From the NCBI GenBank assembly GCA_964414715.1, contig CAYPXN010000040.1, positions 5,988-69,987 of the forward strand: a DNA stretch of 64,000 nt, read 5' to 3'. The stretch comes from an uncultured Pseudomonadota bacterium (GTDB lineage Bacteria; UBA10199; JADFYH01). This document shows, piece by piece, positions 45,629-56,151 of this stretch (the stretch's first letter is position 1; every line of letters begins with the position of its first letter). The position numbers and the translations under genes were made by a program. The notes below the pieces were generated by a model. The model was not told where the DNA came from. It was given only the letters and a program-made list of their open reading frames with translations, and did not search any database.

Positions 45629-46338
45629 TGGAAATCCTTGAACTTTTACAAGCAGAGAAGGGATATCGTTACAACATCGACTCCATGCTTCTCGCCCGCT
45701 TCGCGAATTTTAAAGAATCGGAAAAAGTTTGTGACCTAGGAAGTGGCGTAGGAATCCTGGCCATCCTCGCTCTCCTTCGAGGTAAAGCTTCAAAAGTCTG
45801 GGCGATAGAAGTTCAAGAAGAGCTTTCAAAATATCTCCATAAAAACATTGAAAAATATAGCTTAAAAGACAGCCTAACTGTTTTGGAAACAAACTGGAAA
45901 GAAGTCAAAAAGCATCTCAAAGCTGCAAGTATGGATCTGCTCATCAGCAATCCTCCTTACCGCAAAGCACAGAGTGGAAAAATTCCGCAACATTCGGTCA
46001 AAGCAATCGCAAAACAAGAAATTGAAGGCTGTATGAGCGATTTAATTGCAGCAGCTTCCTATTTAATGAAACCCAAAGGCAGATTTGTAGTCATTTATCC
46101 CTGCTTGCGTCTGGAAGAATTCATGCTCGAAATCGCCAAGAAAAAACTTAAAATTCAAAGGATGCAATTCATTCATCCTTTTTTAGAAAAGAAGGCCACT
46201 CACTTTATGGCGGAAACCGTAAGGTCTGTCGCGGGAGAAATCACTCTCGAAAAACCCCTCATCATTTACAAAGATCCTGATCATTATATGCCGGAAATTG
46301 AAAATTGGTTGGGGAGTAAGAAAACTAAATCCCTTTAA
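45628..46338 (+). CDS. SAM-dependent N6-adenine methyltransferase (TrmN6/YfiC-like).
   Basis: DLGSGVGILAI SAM-binding site. NPPY motif. Confidence 0.7.
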   Translation: MEILELLQAEKGYRYNIDSMLLARFANFKESEKVCDLGSGVGILAILALLRGKASKVWAIEVQEELSKYLHKNIEKYSLKDSLTVLETNWKEVKKHLKAASMDLLISNPPYRKAQSGKIPQHSVKAIAKQEIEGCMSDLIAAASYLMKPKGRFVVIYPCLRLEEFMLEIAKKKLKIQRMQFIHPFLEKKATHFMAETVRSVAGEITLEKPLIIYKDPDHYMPEIENWLGSKKTKSL

Positions 46339-47119
46339 AAACAGGCGGTCTTTTCTCCTGTATCGCCGCAATTCCTTCCTTCAGATCAGCAGTTTGAAAG
46401 CACTGTGCCTGCCCGGAAGATTCATAATCAAAGACTTCATGCAAATCTGCAATCACGGCTTTTTGAATCCCTTTTTTCATGATTTTGATCGCTAAAGGCG
46501 CATTGGCGGCAATTTGTTCGGCAAAATCCATCGTCACTTTTTCTAAATCAGAAAGAGGACAGAGTTTGTTCAGCAAGCCCAACTCTTTTGCCTCGGCGGC
46601 ATCCAGTGTTCGACCTGTAAAAAGAAGATCCGCTGCTCCCGCAGGGCCCAACAACTTCGTAATAAAATACAAGCCACCCATTCCGGAACTTAAGCCCAAT
46701 TTTGCAAAATTGGCCCCCATCTTGGCATTATCTGAAGCAATTCTCAGATCACAAGCCAAAGCCACACAAAATCCGGCTCCAATCGCAGGGCCGTTGATCA
46801 TCGCGATAGTGGGCATCTCCAAATTTCGAACCGAAAGAAATTTGGAATAAAACTCAATCATGTCTTGTTTGTTTTGTTCCGCATTACGTTGGGTACGATC
46901 CAAAATAAATTGAAGATTTCCTCCCGCAGAAAAGGCCTTTCCCGCGCCGGTAATGATAACGACTTTTAAATCTTTTTTCTGATTCAAGGTTGGAATCAAG
47001 GCTTTGAGCTCATCTCCCATTTCAGGATTAATCGCGTTGAGCTGTTCGGGTTTGTTTAAAGTAATTTTTCCAATCGGGCCTTGTTGTTCAAATAAAACTA
47101 AAGACATATTTTTCTCCAT
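46325..47119 (-). CDS. Enoyl-CoA hydratase/isomerase (crotonase family).
   Basis: Crotonase-fold motifs ITGAGKAFSAGGNL...INGPAIGAG. Confidence 0.85.
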   Translation of the reverse strand: MEKNMSLVLFEQQGPIGKITLNKPEQLNAINPEMGDELKALIPTLNQKKDLKVVIITGAGKAFSAGGNLQFILDRTQRNAEQNKQDMIEFYSKFLSVRNLEMPTIAMINGPAIGAGFCVALACDLRIASDNAKMGANFAKLGLSSGMGGLYFITKLLGPAGAADLLFTGRTLDAAEAKELGLLNKLCPLSDLEKVTMDFAEQIAANAPLAIKIMKKGIQKAVIADLHEVFDYESSGQAQCFQTADLKEGIAAIQEKRPPVFKGI

Positions 47120-47165
47120 TGTTATAATTATCCCCTCTCTTTATCTAAGGAGAGGGGAAATTGCT

Positions 47166-48116
47166 ATGAACAAAATTGGCATTTTACAAGATCCTCATTA
47201 TCTCGAACATCTCACAGGCCCCATGCATCCAGAGCGGCCAGAACGCTTGAAGGCTATTCAGAAGATGCTCGAAAATTCGGGTTTAGCAAACAAAGCCCAT
47301 TCACTCATCCCTCGTGAAGCAACAGAGGATGAAATTGCTCTGATACACACACGCGATCTTATTGAAGAAGTAAAACATACAGAAGGACACACCTCTACTT
47401 ACCTTGATGGAGATACCCATGCGTCGGCACATTCCTGGAAAGCCGCAAAACTTGCGGTGGGAGGCCTTCTTGTTGCCAGCGATGAATTGCTCCAAGGGAC
47501 ACTAGACGAAGCTTTCGCCTTTCCCCGTCCTCCGGGACATCATGCCGAACGGGATCATGCCATGGGTTTTTGTCTTTTTAACAATGTTGCAATTGCTGCA
47601 GAATATGCACTCAAAAAATACGGTCTCAAAAAAATAGTCATTCTCGATTTCGATGTTCACCATGGAAATGGCACTCAACATATCTTCGAAAACCGCTCGG
47701 ATGTATTTTATATTTCTACCCATCAATATCCTTTTTATCCGGGAACAGGCGCTTTCTCTGAACGAGGAAAGGGAGCAGGGGAGGGTTACACTCTCAACTT
47801 TCCACTGCCCGCAGGCAGTGATGATGCCATCTACGCTGACATTTTCAAGGAACGCATCGAAGGAGAAGTCATTCAGTATAAACCAGACTTCTTGATTATT
47901 TCTGCCGGATTTGATGCCCACAAGAGAGACCCACTCGGTGGTATGGAAGTCAGTCGTTTTGGATTTAAGGCAATGGCCGAGTCGATTGAAAAAATGAAAA
48001 AAGCTTGTGGGAATATTCCGGTATTGTATGCTCTCGAAGGCGGTTATGACTTAGAAGGCTTATCGGAATCCGTAAAGGAAGTCGTAGACGTCATGCTAAA
48101 AGGAGAAAACAAATGA
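47166..48116 (+). CDS. Histone deacetylase-family protein (AcuC/AphA-like).
   Basis: GGAG RBS before the ATG at 47166. PPGHHAE...DFDVHHGNGTQ... Confidence 0.85.
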   Translation: MNKIGILQDPHYLEHLTGPMHPERPERLKAIQKMLENSGLANKAHSLIPREATEDEIALIHTRDLIEEVKHTEGHTSTYLDGDTHASAHSWKAAKLAVGGLLVASDELLQGTLDEAFAFPRPPGHHAERDHAMGFCLFNNVAIAAEYALKKYGLKKIVILDFDVHHGNGTQHIFENRSDVFYISTHQYPFYPGTGAFSERGKGAGEGYTLNFPLPAGSDDAIYADIFKERIEGEVIQYKPDFLIISAGFDAHKRDPLGGMEVSRFGFKAMAESIEKMKKACGNIPVLYALEGGYDLEGLSESVKEVVDVMLKGENK

Positions 48117-48676
48117 AAAAAATCATTTTGAGCGCCGTAATGGCTCTCAGTTTAATCTATACAGGAGAAGTTATGTCAAAAGCAGTCAATGTGTCTGAAC
48201 CTAAAAAAATTACCATCGATGTAAACAAACATTACGAAGCCATTATTGAAACCAATAAAGGAGATATCAAAGTAAGTCTGGATGCCAAAAAAGCTCCCTG
48301 GTCTGTTAACAACTTCGTGTATCTTGCGAAAGCAGGTTACTATGATGGGCTTACCTTTCATCGTGTAGAACCTGGATTTGTCATTCAAGGGGGAGATCCC
48401 AAAGGAGATGGAACCGGCGGACCGGGCTATACGGTTGTCAGTGAAGCCACCAACGGTTTAAAACATGACAAAGGTGCTTTGGCTTGGGCACGTTTGGGAG
48501 ACCAGATGAACCCTCAGCGTCGATCGAGCGGCTCTCAATTCTACATCACTCTTGCACCCACCCCTTTCCTCGATGGAGCTTATACGGTTTTTGGTCATAC
48601 CCTCGCGGGACAAGATGTCGCCGAAAAAATTAGTCGGGGAGATACAATCAAGAAGATTACAATTGTAGAAAAGTAA
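48113..48676 (+). CDS. Peptidyl-prolyl cis-trans isomerase, cyclophilin type, secreted.
   Basis: FHRVEPGFVIQGGDP motif. Signal peptide. Confidence 0.85.
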   Translation: MKKIILSAVMALSLIYTGEVMSKAVNVSEPKKITIDVNKHYEAIIETNKGDIKVSLDAKKAPWSVNNFVYLAKAGYYDGLTFHRVEPGFVIQGGDPKGDGTGGPGYTVVSEATNGLKHDKGALAWARLGDQMNPQRRSSGSQFYITLAPTPFLDGAYTVFGHTLAGQDVAEKISRGDTIKKITIVEK

Positions 48677-48687
48677 GTTTTACCAAA

Positions 48688-48733
48688 AACCTCGCCAGAT
48701 AATTTTGTAAGATTGATCTGGTGAGGTTTTTTA
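48688..48733. terminator. Bidirectional terminator between convergent genes.
   Basis: AACCTCGCCAGAT-n15-ATCTGGTGAGGTT-ttttt. Confidence 0.65.
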
Positions 48734-50056
48734 TTCTAAATCAAGCCTCAGAATATGATCCGATCCGTAGAGAGAAACTCCGTATAAAAATCCATCTGGG
48801 CCTTCTTGAAGTGAAGTGAGACCTGTCAAATGTCCCAGATGAGAATCGCTCAACACATTGTTACTGGAATCCAGATGTAAAGCACGCACCCATCCCTGAT
48901 AAAACTCGCTGTAAATCAGACGATTCGAAAGAAATCCATTGTATTGGGAACCTTGATACAAGATTCCCAACATGATTGCTTCTCCATCACCCAGTCCTCC
49001 TGGATTGTCTTGAGGATCTTCATTGTTATGATTTGTAATGTCGGATCCGTGGTTATAACCTCCGATGGGATTTACAAAACTAGCTCCCGGACCTTCCTCC
49101 AAAGGCCAGCCAAAATTCATACCTGCGCTAGTCGCTCGATCAATTTCTTCATAAGTATCCAAACCCACGTCTCCAATAAAAAGGGCCCCATTTCCATAAA
49201 AGAGCGTAAAAGGATTTCTTAAACCCAAGGCATAAATTTCTGACAGATTACTTCCGGCATTATTTCCAGAAGAGGGGATGGAATAGCCTCCTTGTCCTGC
49301 CGTATGCGAAGGAACAATTCTCAAAATTTTTCCCAGACGTGTTTGACCATTTTGAGCAATGGCTTCTGTCGTATCAGAGCTGGCAGATCCTCCTCCATCA
49401 CCCACACCTATGAATAAATTATTATCATCTTCAAAAAAGAGAGAACCTCCATTGTGATTATCTCCCGGGCTGGAGGAAAAGTTTTTGTTAAAATCAATAA
49501 TTGTCTGCTGATCAGAAAGTGAGAAGCTATTGTTTTGTAAATTCACAGCCACGGTGGCCCGTATCACACGATTCACACCTCCTCCAGAAACCGTATGATA
49601 AAAATAAACCATGCAATTCGATGCGTAAGAAGGATCCGCGACAACATTCAACAAACCTTGTTCTCCTGAATATTCTACATCCAAGGTCACAGAAGAGGAG
49701 AGGTGAGTAAAATCATTTTTCATGTAGTACACAGCACCACTTTGCCCAATTACAAGAGCATCTCCGTTTTGATGGGGAAGAAACTCCAGATCAATCAAGT
49801 CATTATTAGGGAAGGTTGAGCCCACTTCTGTAAATTTTATCCCCGTAGGAGAAGAAGGCTGTGTCACAGATGAGGAAAAGCTACTCGTACTTCCCGCACA
49901 GGCTGTATTCTGCTGAAGAATATCTGTTTTTTGATTTCCACCCTGATTATTGGAAGTAGTAGAGTTACTGCATTGAAATAAAAACCAAACTACTTGAAGT
50001 GACAATACTAAAAATAATATTTTGATTTTTTTATTGGGGTAAATGAAGGGCTTCAT
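48731..50056 (-). CDS. PQQ-dependent sugar (glucose/sorbosone) dehydrogenase, beta-propeller.
   Basis: GDNHNGGSLFFEDDNNLFIGVGDGGG motif. Secreted. Length 441 aa. Confidence 0.75.
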   Translation of the reverse strand: MKPFIYPNKKIKILFLVLSLQVVWFLFQCSNSTTSNNQGGNQKTDILQQNTACAGSTSSFSSSVTQPSSPTGIKFTEVGSTFPNNDLIDLEFLPHQNGDALVIGQSGAVYYMKNDFTHLSSSVTLDVEYSGEQGLLNVVADPSYASNCMVYFYHTVSGGGVNRVIRATVAVNLQNNSFSLSDQQTIIDFNKNFSSSPGDNHNGGSLFFEDDNNLFIGVGDGGGSASSDTTEAIAQNGQTRLGKILRIVPSHTAGQGGYSIPSSGNNAGSNLSEIYALGLRNPFTLFYGNGALFIGDVGLDTYEEIDRATSAGMNFGWPLEEGPGASFVNPIGGYNHGSDITNHNNEDPQDNPGGLGDGEAIMLGILYQGSQYNGFLSNRLIYSEFYQGWVRALHLDSSNNVLSDSHLGHLTGLTSLQEGPDGFLYGVSLYGSDHILRLDLE

Positions 50057-50903
50057 AGATTCTTTTAATCGGCCCTGGTTGATTCAAAATATAAAAATGA
50101 AGACCAGGCGCGCCTCTCTCTAAAAGATTTTTGCACTGTTGAATGGCATACGCAATGCCATACTCACGCACCTGCTTTGAATTGTTTTTAAATTCTAACA
50201 GATCCTGACTCATCTTATCAGGTATCTTCGCCCCACACATTTTTGTAAAAGTACTCAATTGAGAATAGCTTGTCACGGGCATAATTCCCGGAAGCACAGG
50301 AATTTTGATTCCTGCCTTTCGAACTTTCTCCAGAAAGTTGAAATAATCCTCGTTATTAAAAAACAATTGGGTAATCATGAAGTCTGCACCCGCATCCACT
50401 TTTCTTTTGAGATTAATCAGATCTGCATGTTTGTTGGGACTTTCAATGTGTGCTTCAGGATAAGCTGCAATTCCCAAGGTAAAATGATCACCCGTTTCTT
50501 TTCGGATAAACTCCACCAATTCATTTGCATAGTGAAAACCATCTTCTGGAGGCACATAATTTGGATCTTTAGGAGGATCTCCTCTTAAACACAAAAGGTG
50601 AATAATATTCTTTTTTCGAAGTTCCTCCAAAGATTCCCGAATTTTATTTTTACTCGCTCCTATACAAGTGAGATGGGCAACTCCGGCAATATCGTGTTTA
50701 CTCTGTATGTGTTCAACAATTTCAAAAGTATTACGCTGATTAGAACCCATGGCTCCCATCGTCACTGAAATAAAGTCCGGTCTTAACTTTTCTAATTCTT
50801 CAAGGTTTTGAAAAAGCTGAACCTGAGCTTCAGGGGTTTTAGGGGGAAAAATTTCAAAGGAAAATATTTTTTGTTTAGGCAATATCTGACGAATAGATTT
50901 CAT
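50031..50903 (-). CDS. metF: 5,10-methylenetetrahydrofolate reductase.
   Basis: FSFEIFPPKT...TMGAMGS... TIM-barrel MetF motifs. Confidence 0.85.
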   Translation of the reverse strand: MKSIRQILPKQKIFSFEIFPPKTPEAQVQLFQNLEELEKLRPDFISVTMGAMGSNQRNTFEIVEHIQSKHDIAGVAHLTCIGASKNKIRESLEELRKKNIIHLLCLRGDPPKDPNYVPPEDGFHYANELVEFIRKETGDHFTLGIAAYPEAHIESPNKHADLINLKRKVDAGADFMITQLFFNNEDYFNFLEKVRKAGIKIPVLPGIMPVTSYSQLSTFTKMCGAKIPDKMSQDLLEFKNNSKQVREYGIAYAIQQCKNLLERGAPGLHFYILNQPGPIKRIYEALHLPQ

Positions 50904-51669
50904 GATTTTGTTCCAAGACCACTCCAGAAACGATAGGCAGAGTTTTACGAGAAGATTGACGTACCTGTTTTAATTTATTTCTCAGATTCCAAGTTTTCAA
51001 AAAGGCTTCAACGATGATTCCTTTGGACATTTTTGAATGTCCTGCAACACGATCCACAAACAAAAAGGGAATTTCGTGGTATTGAAATCCCGCAGCTCGG
51101 GCAAAGCTCGTTGTTTCAATTTGAAAAGAATAACCACTCGAATCCAAGGGACAATTCAAAAGAAATGCAACGACTTCTTTGCGAAATGCCTTGAAGCCAC
51201 CCGTTAAATCTTTGATCGGTGTATTTAGAACCCATCTTGCATAGAAATTACCCCCTCGACTGATGAGTTTTCTCATGAAGCCCCAATTTTGGGTTCCACC
51301 TCCCGAAATATAACGAGAAGCAAGTGCGAAATCATGCGTTTCCAGAGAATTCAAAAGGGAAGGGATTAAGGAAACCGGATGGGAAAAATCACAATCCATT
51401 TGGATTACAAAGTCCGCTCCCAAATCGAGAGCCTTACGAAAGCCTTCCAAATAGGCTTTTCCCAAACCTTCTTTGCGTGGACGATGACACACAAACACTT
51501 TGTCAGGATAGGCTTGAGAAAGTTGATCCGCCAACTTACCCGTTCCATCTGGCGAATTATCGTCTACAATGAGTATCTGCAAAGGAGATTGTTGGGCCAA
51601 AAGACTTTCAACCATCCTCTTTAAATTACTCATTTCATTATAAGTCGGCAAAACGACCATTGCTTTCAT
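50875..51669 (-). CDS. Family 2 glycosyltransferase (polyprenol-phosphate mannose/glucose synthase-like).
   Basis: VVLPTYNEMSNL...IVDDNSPDGT (GT2 DxD region). Confidence 0.8.
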   Translation of the reverse strand: MKAMVVLPTYNEMSNLKRMVESLLAQQSPLQILIVDDNSPDGTGKLADQLSQAYPDKVFVCHRPRKEGLGKAYLEGFRKALDLGADFVIQMDCDFSHPVSLIPSLLNSLETHDFALASRYISGGGTQNWGFMRKLISRGGNFYARWVLNTPIKDLTGGFKAFRKEVVAFLLNCPLDSSGYSFQIETTSFARAAGFQYHEIPFLFVDRVAGHSKMSKGIIVEAFLKTWNLRNKLKQVRQSSRKTLPIVSGVVLEQNHEIYSSDIA

Positions 51670-51759
51670 AAGGCTGTCCTTTTTATAGGAAAGAAGGGGG
51701 AAAGAAAAGAGTAAATTTATAATGAATTCTCGAGCCTTTTATGCCAGAAAAGGGCCAAA

Positions 51760-52377
51760 ATGGAGGATACAATGATTGCTTGCCTTGATTTAGAAGGGGT
51801 TTTGGTCCCCGAAATATGGATTAATGTCGCTGAAAAAACCGGAATAAAGGAATTACGTCTCACCACCCGAGACATTTCAGACTATGATGTTTTAATGAAA
51901 AAACGCCTGAAAATCTTGGAAGAAAACAAACTCAAGATCAAAGATATTCAGGATGTAATCGCAACACTCAATCCCCTTGAAGGAGCCAAACAGTTTGTCG
52001 ATTGGTTGAGAACTGAGTTTCAAGTCATTATTTTATCGGATACTTTTTATGAGTTTGCTCATCCCTTGATGCAACAACTCGATTTTCCCTGTTTGTTTTG
52101 CCATTCTCTTGAAATTAGTCCCCAGGGTCAAATCACAAACTATCGTCTACGTATGAGCGATCAAAAAACAAAATCCGTAAAAGCTTTACAAGATTTGAAC
52201 TTCAAAGTTATTGCCGCAGGGGATTCGTACAACGACACAGGGATGCTTCAACAGGCAAACCGTGGAATTCTTTTCAAACCTCCCCAGAATGTGATTGATG
52301 AATTTCCACAATTTCAAGTCACCACCAACTATCAGGAATTGAAGGACGCTTTTTTAAAAGGAAAAAAAGAATTGTAA
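51760..52377 (+). CDS. HAD-family phosphoserine phosphatase-like protein (ThrH type).
   Basis: MIACLDLEGVLVPEIW...AAGDSYNDTGML. Confidence 0.75.
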   Translation: MEDTMIACLDLEGVLVPEIWINVAEKTGIKELRLTTRDISDYDVLMKKRLKILEENKLKIKDIQDVIATLNPLEGAKQFVDWLRTEFQVIILSDTFYEFAHPLMQQLDFPCLFCHSLEISPQGQITNYRLRMSDQKTKSVKALQDLNFKVIAAGDSYNDTGMLQQANRGILFKPPQNVIDEFPQFQVTTNYQELKDAFLKGKKEL

Positions 52378-52380
52378 AAA

Positions 52381-54282
52381 TTAAGCGTGACGATGTGCTC
52401 TATTACTATAAACCCAAATAAGAGCAATAAGCGCCAAAATCATGCACTGTGGAATTAAAGTTTCCATACTGGGGAACAACCCCAACAAAGGAAACTGAAA
52501 AGGAATTGAGAGGGAAGTAGTGGGTAAATAACCTGCACTTTGCAAGGCATGCAATCCCTTGCCAGTCAAAATCACAGCCAAAATCACCATCATCCCGGCG
52601 GAGAGATTAAAGAGTTTTCCAATCGGTAACTTGACACTCCATCTTAAAAAAACATTTGCGAGAAAAAAAATGACTGCAAAAGAAGTCAGAATTCCCATCA
52701 TTAAGGCATTTTTATCGGAAGACCCGCCTTCCAACCAAAGAGCTCGCAAGAATAAAACGGTTTCAAAGACTTCGCGGAACACCGCCACGAAAGAAATGGC
52801 CCATATTCCAAACAACTTGCTTCCTTGTAAGGCTGAATCCATCTGTTGTTTGATAAAGGAAGTCCATTTTCCAATTTCACTTTTATTGTGTAACCAAAAA
52901 CCGACATAGAGCAGGACTAAAACCGCAAATAAAGAAGTAAAACCTTCCATGCTTTCGCGACTTGCACCGCTCATCCCTAACAACCATCCAGAAAAAAACC
53001 AGGCCAGCACACCACAAAGAAGGGCGCTTATCCATCCTGCATGGGTCCAAAGCACTGCTTTTTTGGCCCCCAACATTTTTACTACACCTAAAATAGTTAC
53101 CAGAATCAATACGGCTTCAAAACCTTCTCGAAGGATAATCGAAAAGGCCATCAAGAAAACAAAACCACGAGTTTGGGCATAAGAAGAAGCTAAAAGTTCC
53201 TCTGCTTTACTGAGCAATCCTTTTACTTCTAAAATCTTTTGATCGATAAGTTCCACTGAGGCTGAAGTTCCCATTTGAGTTCTCAAGTCAGCCATTTTCC
53301 CTTCAATTTGAGTTACTAAATTCAAATCCAAACTTCTGAGTTTTTGTTCTATGGGTTCAACGCCTTCTAAATAAGAAGTGAGGGCGTAAGCTTTGGCCTG
53401 AGCAAAATCACCTTGATGATAAGCATCTTGGGCAAGCTGTAAATTCTGATGAGCAAGTTCCAAGCTATTACCATCTGAATGAGGCTGATATAATCTCAAA
53501 TAAGCAAGTTCGGAGTTTGCATTTTGTGAATTCAAATGCAATTTTTTAAACAAGGCATCATCTGAAAGGGAAGAAAGTTGATCGAGAGAAAGATTTTCTA
53601 AATCTCCAGATACAGGCCTCTGAAAATCAGAGTAGCGTAAAGACTGAATATAAAAAGCAAGATCCCAAACTTCCTTGTCACTCAACTTTTCAAACGCAGG
53701 CATTGAAGTTCCCGTAACTCCCAAACGAATCGTATTGAATATTTGGAAAGAAGAAAGCTGTTTCATGCGATCGACGTTCCAAAAATTTGTGGGGGGAGGA
53801 GTAATATTTTTTGCCAAAGCCCCGTCTCCTTTTCCCAAGGCTCCGTGACAAGACACACAGTTTTGCTCAAACAAAGCTTGTCCTTTTGCCAAACGAGGCC
53901 ACTCTTTGGGAGCTAGCTCTATTTTAGAAGCCTGGATTAACTGAGACTGAATCTGTCTCGCTTTCTGAGAAACCACTTCTGCAGATTCTTTATTCAAAAT
54001 GGATTGTTGAAGACGAGAGAGTTCTTCCAATAGTGGAACATTATTCTTCGTTTCATCCAAATTATGGGCAATCCGCAAGGCAGAGGCTACAAACTCGGTC
54101 TGTTCTTGATATTCATAAGCATTGATTATCTTTCCCTGAGAAACAGCCCCTGAATAATCTTGGGCCAAATAATCCAGTATATGAATGAGCATGCGAGGAT
54201 TGTTTTCCTGGGCCCGTAAAAATAATGAAAAGATGCTCAAAAGAAGAAAGGAAACTAGCAAAGTCAGTCTTTTTTTACCCAT
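52381..54282 (-). CDS. Fusion of a periplasmic class-I cytochrome c with an FTR1-family high-affinity iron permease.
   Basis: Signal peptide. CVSCHG heme site and GTSMPAF Met ligand. Two RExxE motifs (REGFEAV, REVFETV) in 7 TM helices. Confidence 0.8.
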   Translation of the reverse strand: MGKKRLTLLVSFLLLSIFSLFLRAQENNPRMLIHILDYLAQDYSGAVSQGKIINAYEYQEQTEFVASALRIAHNLDETKNNVPLLEELSRLQQSILNKESAEVVSQKARQIQSQLIQASKIELAPKEWPRLAKGQALFEQNCVSCHGALGKGDGALAKNITPPPTNFWNVDRMKQLSSFQIFNTIRLGVTGTSMPAFEKLSDKEVWDLAFYIQSLRYSDFQRPVSGDLENLSLDQLSSLSDDALFKKLHLNSQNANSELAYLRLYQPHSDGNSLELAHQNLQLAQDAYHQGDFAQAKAYALTSYLEGVEPIEQKLRSLDLNLVTQIEGKMADLRTQMGTSASVELIDQKILEVKGLLSKAEELLASSYAQTRGFVFLMAFSIILREGFEAVLILVTILGVVKMLGAKKAVLWTHAGWISALLCGVLAWFFSGWLLGMSGASRESMEGFTSLFAVLVLLYVGFWLHNKSEIGKWTSFIKQQMDSALQGSKLFGIWAISFVAVFREVFETVLFLRALWLEGGSSDKNALMMGILTSFAVIFFLANVFLRWSVKLPIGKLFNLSAGMMVILAVILTGKGLHALQSAGYLPTTSLSIPFQFPLLGLFPSMETLIPQCMILALIALIWVYSNRAHRHA

Positions 54283-54397
54283 AGATGAAAATCACTTTCA
54301 TTTTTGAAATATCCCTTTCTTCTTCTTTTGTCAAGAAGGGGAGTGATTTTGAGGAGATGGCCTTGACAATTTATGCCGCTCATTCAATAAGAGAAAC

Positions 54398-55345
54398 ATG
54401 TCAAAATCATCTTATAAGCCATTGGAAGTGATTGTAGCCCGCAGCTCAGGGACTTGTTTTGGAGTCGAAGCAGCCATTGATTTGGCTCAAAAACATCGTA
54501 AACCTATTTTGGGTCCTATTGTCCACAACCCTAAAATTGTTCAAGATCTGGCCAATGATGGAATTCCTATTCTGGAAAGATATCAAGATCTCAGCACCTT
54601 GGAAAACAAGGGAATTAATCAGGTGGTAATCACCGCTCACGGCTATCCCAAAGAACTCAAAGATGATCTTTTGACCCGAGGTATTGAATTTCACGATGCT
54701 ACTTGTCCGGTATTACTCAAATGGGTTTATCGTAAAATTAGTACTTTTGAATCACAAGGTTACAATATTATCCTCGTAGGAAACCCTCACCACGCTGAAA
54801 TCATCGCCAGTCGAAGTTATGGGAAGAATATTCATGTTGTTTATTCTGAGGAAGAAGTTGATCAACTTCCCACAAATCTCGGAAAAACCATTGCGATTTG
54901 CCAAACCACCATTACGCGTGAAAAATTTCAAAAGCTTGTCGATTATATCCGCAAAACCAAATATGCTGATATGAAGGCTGTAGATACGCGCTGCAAACCG
55001 GTTAAAAACCAACAACAAGCGGTAAGTGACTTGGCTCAGTGGGTAGATGCCATGCTGATTATTGGAGGCTACGATTCTTCCAATACCACTAACCTGGCAA
55101 AACTTGCCCAGAAATATCTTCCTGAAAAGACCTACCATATCGATTCCCCGAATTTGGTAAAACTTGAGTGGTTGGAAGGAATTTCAAACTTGGGTATCGG
55201 CGCTGGAACTTCCACTCCAAAATCCCAAATCGACGATGTCCAAAGGAAAGTCGCCGAAATTTATCCCGGAGAAGTCTTTTTCAGAAAAGAAAGTACCGCT
55301 GGAGAAATTCTGGATGGAGACTTTTCGATATCCGATGAATTTTAA
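54398..55345 (+). CDS. ispH: 4-hydroxy-3-methylbut-2-enyl diphosphate reductase.
   Basis: LytB family: VIVARSSGTCFGVEAAI and conserved Cys residues. Length 315 aa. Confidence 0.9.
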   Translation: MSKSSYKPLEVIVARSSGTCFGVEAAIDLAQKHRKPILGPIVHNPKIVQDLANDGIPILERYQDLSTLENKGINQVVITAHGYPKELKDDLLTRGIEFHDATCPVLLKWVYRKISTFESQGYNIILVGNPHHAEIIASRSYGKNIHVVYSEEEVDQLPTNLGKTIAICQTTITREKFQKLVDYIRKTKYADMKAVDTRCKPVKNQQQAVSDLAQWVDAMLIIGGYDSSNTTNLAKLAQKYLPEKTYHIDSPNLVKLEWLEGISNLGIGAGTSTPKSQIDDVQRKVAEIYPGEVFFRKESTAGEILDGDFSISDEF

Positions 55346-56151
55346 TGTGATTTAAAGAGAAAATATACCACCAGGATCATTATTGAAAAAACAAAACGGT
55401 ATATTACAAAAACGCGGTAACTATACTTCTGCACATAAGCCAACATGTATTTGATACTCAGTAGACCAAACAAGGCAGAAACCCCAATCCCAATCAAAGA
55501 TTCTTTTGTCAAACCTGAATGAATAAAAGTTTTTGCCTTCAACAATGCAGCCCCAGCAATAATGGGAGTAGAAAGCAAAAAGGAAAATCGAGCTGCTGCA
55601 ACCCGAGATAAGCCTAAACCCAGACCGGTAGTAATGGTAACACCCGATCGAGACACGCCTGGAATAATTGCAAAAGCCTGAGACAAGCCAATCAAAAAAC
55701 TCTCTTTTAAGCCAATTTGCTCAATACTTTTGTTCTTTTTAGAAACAGTGTCTACCCACCACAACAAAAAACCCATAACCGTCATACTCCCTGCAATAAG
55801 AAGAGGGGAGCGAAAGGCTTCTTCCGCATATTTTTCTAGCATATAGCCAACAGCTGCTCCGGGAACCGAAGCAATTACCAAATACCAAAAGAGTTTTTCT
55901 TCATGAGTAGCAGGACGATTTTTTTTGTTAAAGGAGTTAAAAGCTGCCTTAAAAAGTAAAAGCCAATCCTTCCAAAAATAAGCCAAAATCGCGATAAGAG
56001 TTCCAAAATGAAGAGCCACATCAAAAGTTAAGCCAGGATCTTCAAAATTAAACAACCAAGGGATAATCACCAAATGAGCAGAACTTGAGATCGGAAGAAA
56101 TTCGCCCAAACCTTGAACAATTCCTAACAACACTGACTGCCATAGCAACAT
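55342..56151 (-). CDS. uppP: Undecaprenyl-diphosphatase.
   Basis: BacA family, 8 TM helices, GVSRSG motif. Confidence 0.9.
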   Translation of the reverse strand: MLLWQSVLLGIVQGLGEFLPISSSAHLVIIPWLFNFEDPGLTFDVALHFGTLIAILAYFWKDWLLLFKAAFNSFNKKNRPATHEEKLFWYLVIASVPGAAVGYMLEKYAEEAFRSPLLIAGSMTVMGFLLWWVDTVSKKNKSIEQIGLKESFLIGLSQAFAIIPGVSRSGVTITTGLGLGLSRVAAARFSFLLSTPIIAGAALLKAKTFIHSGLTKESLIGIGVSALFGLLSIKYMLAYVQKYSYRVFVIYRFVFSIMILVVYFLFKSH

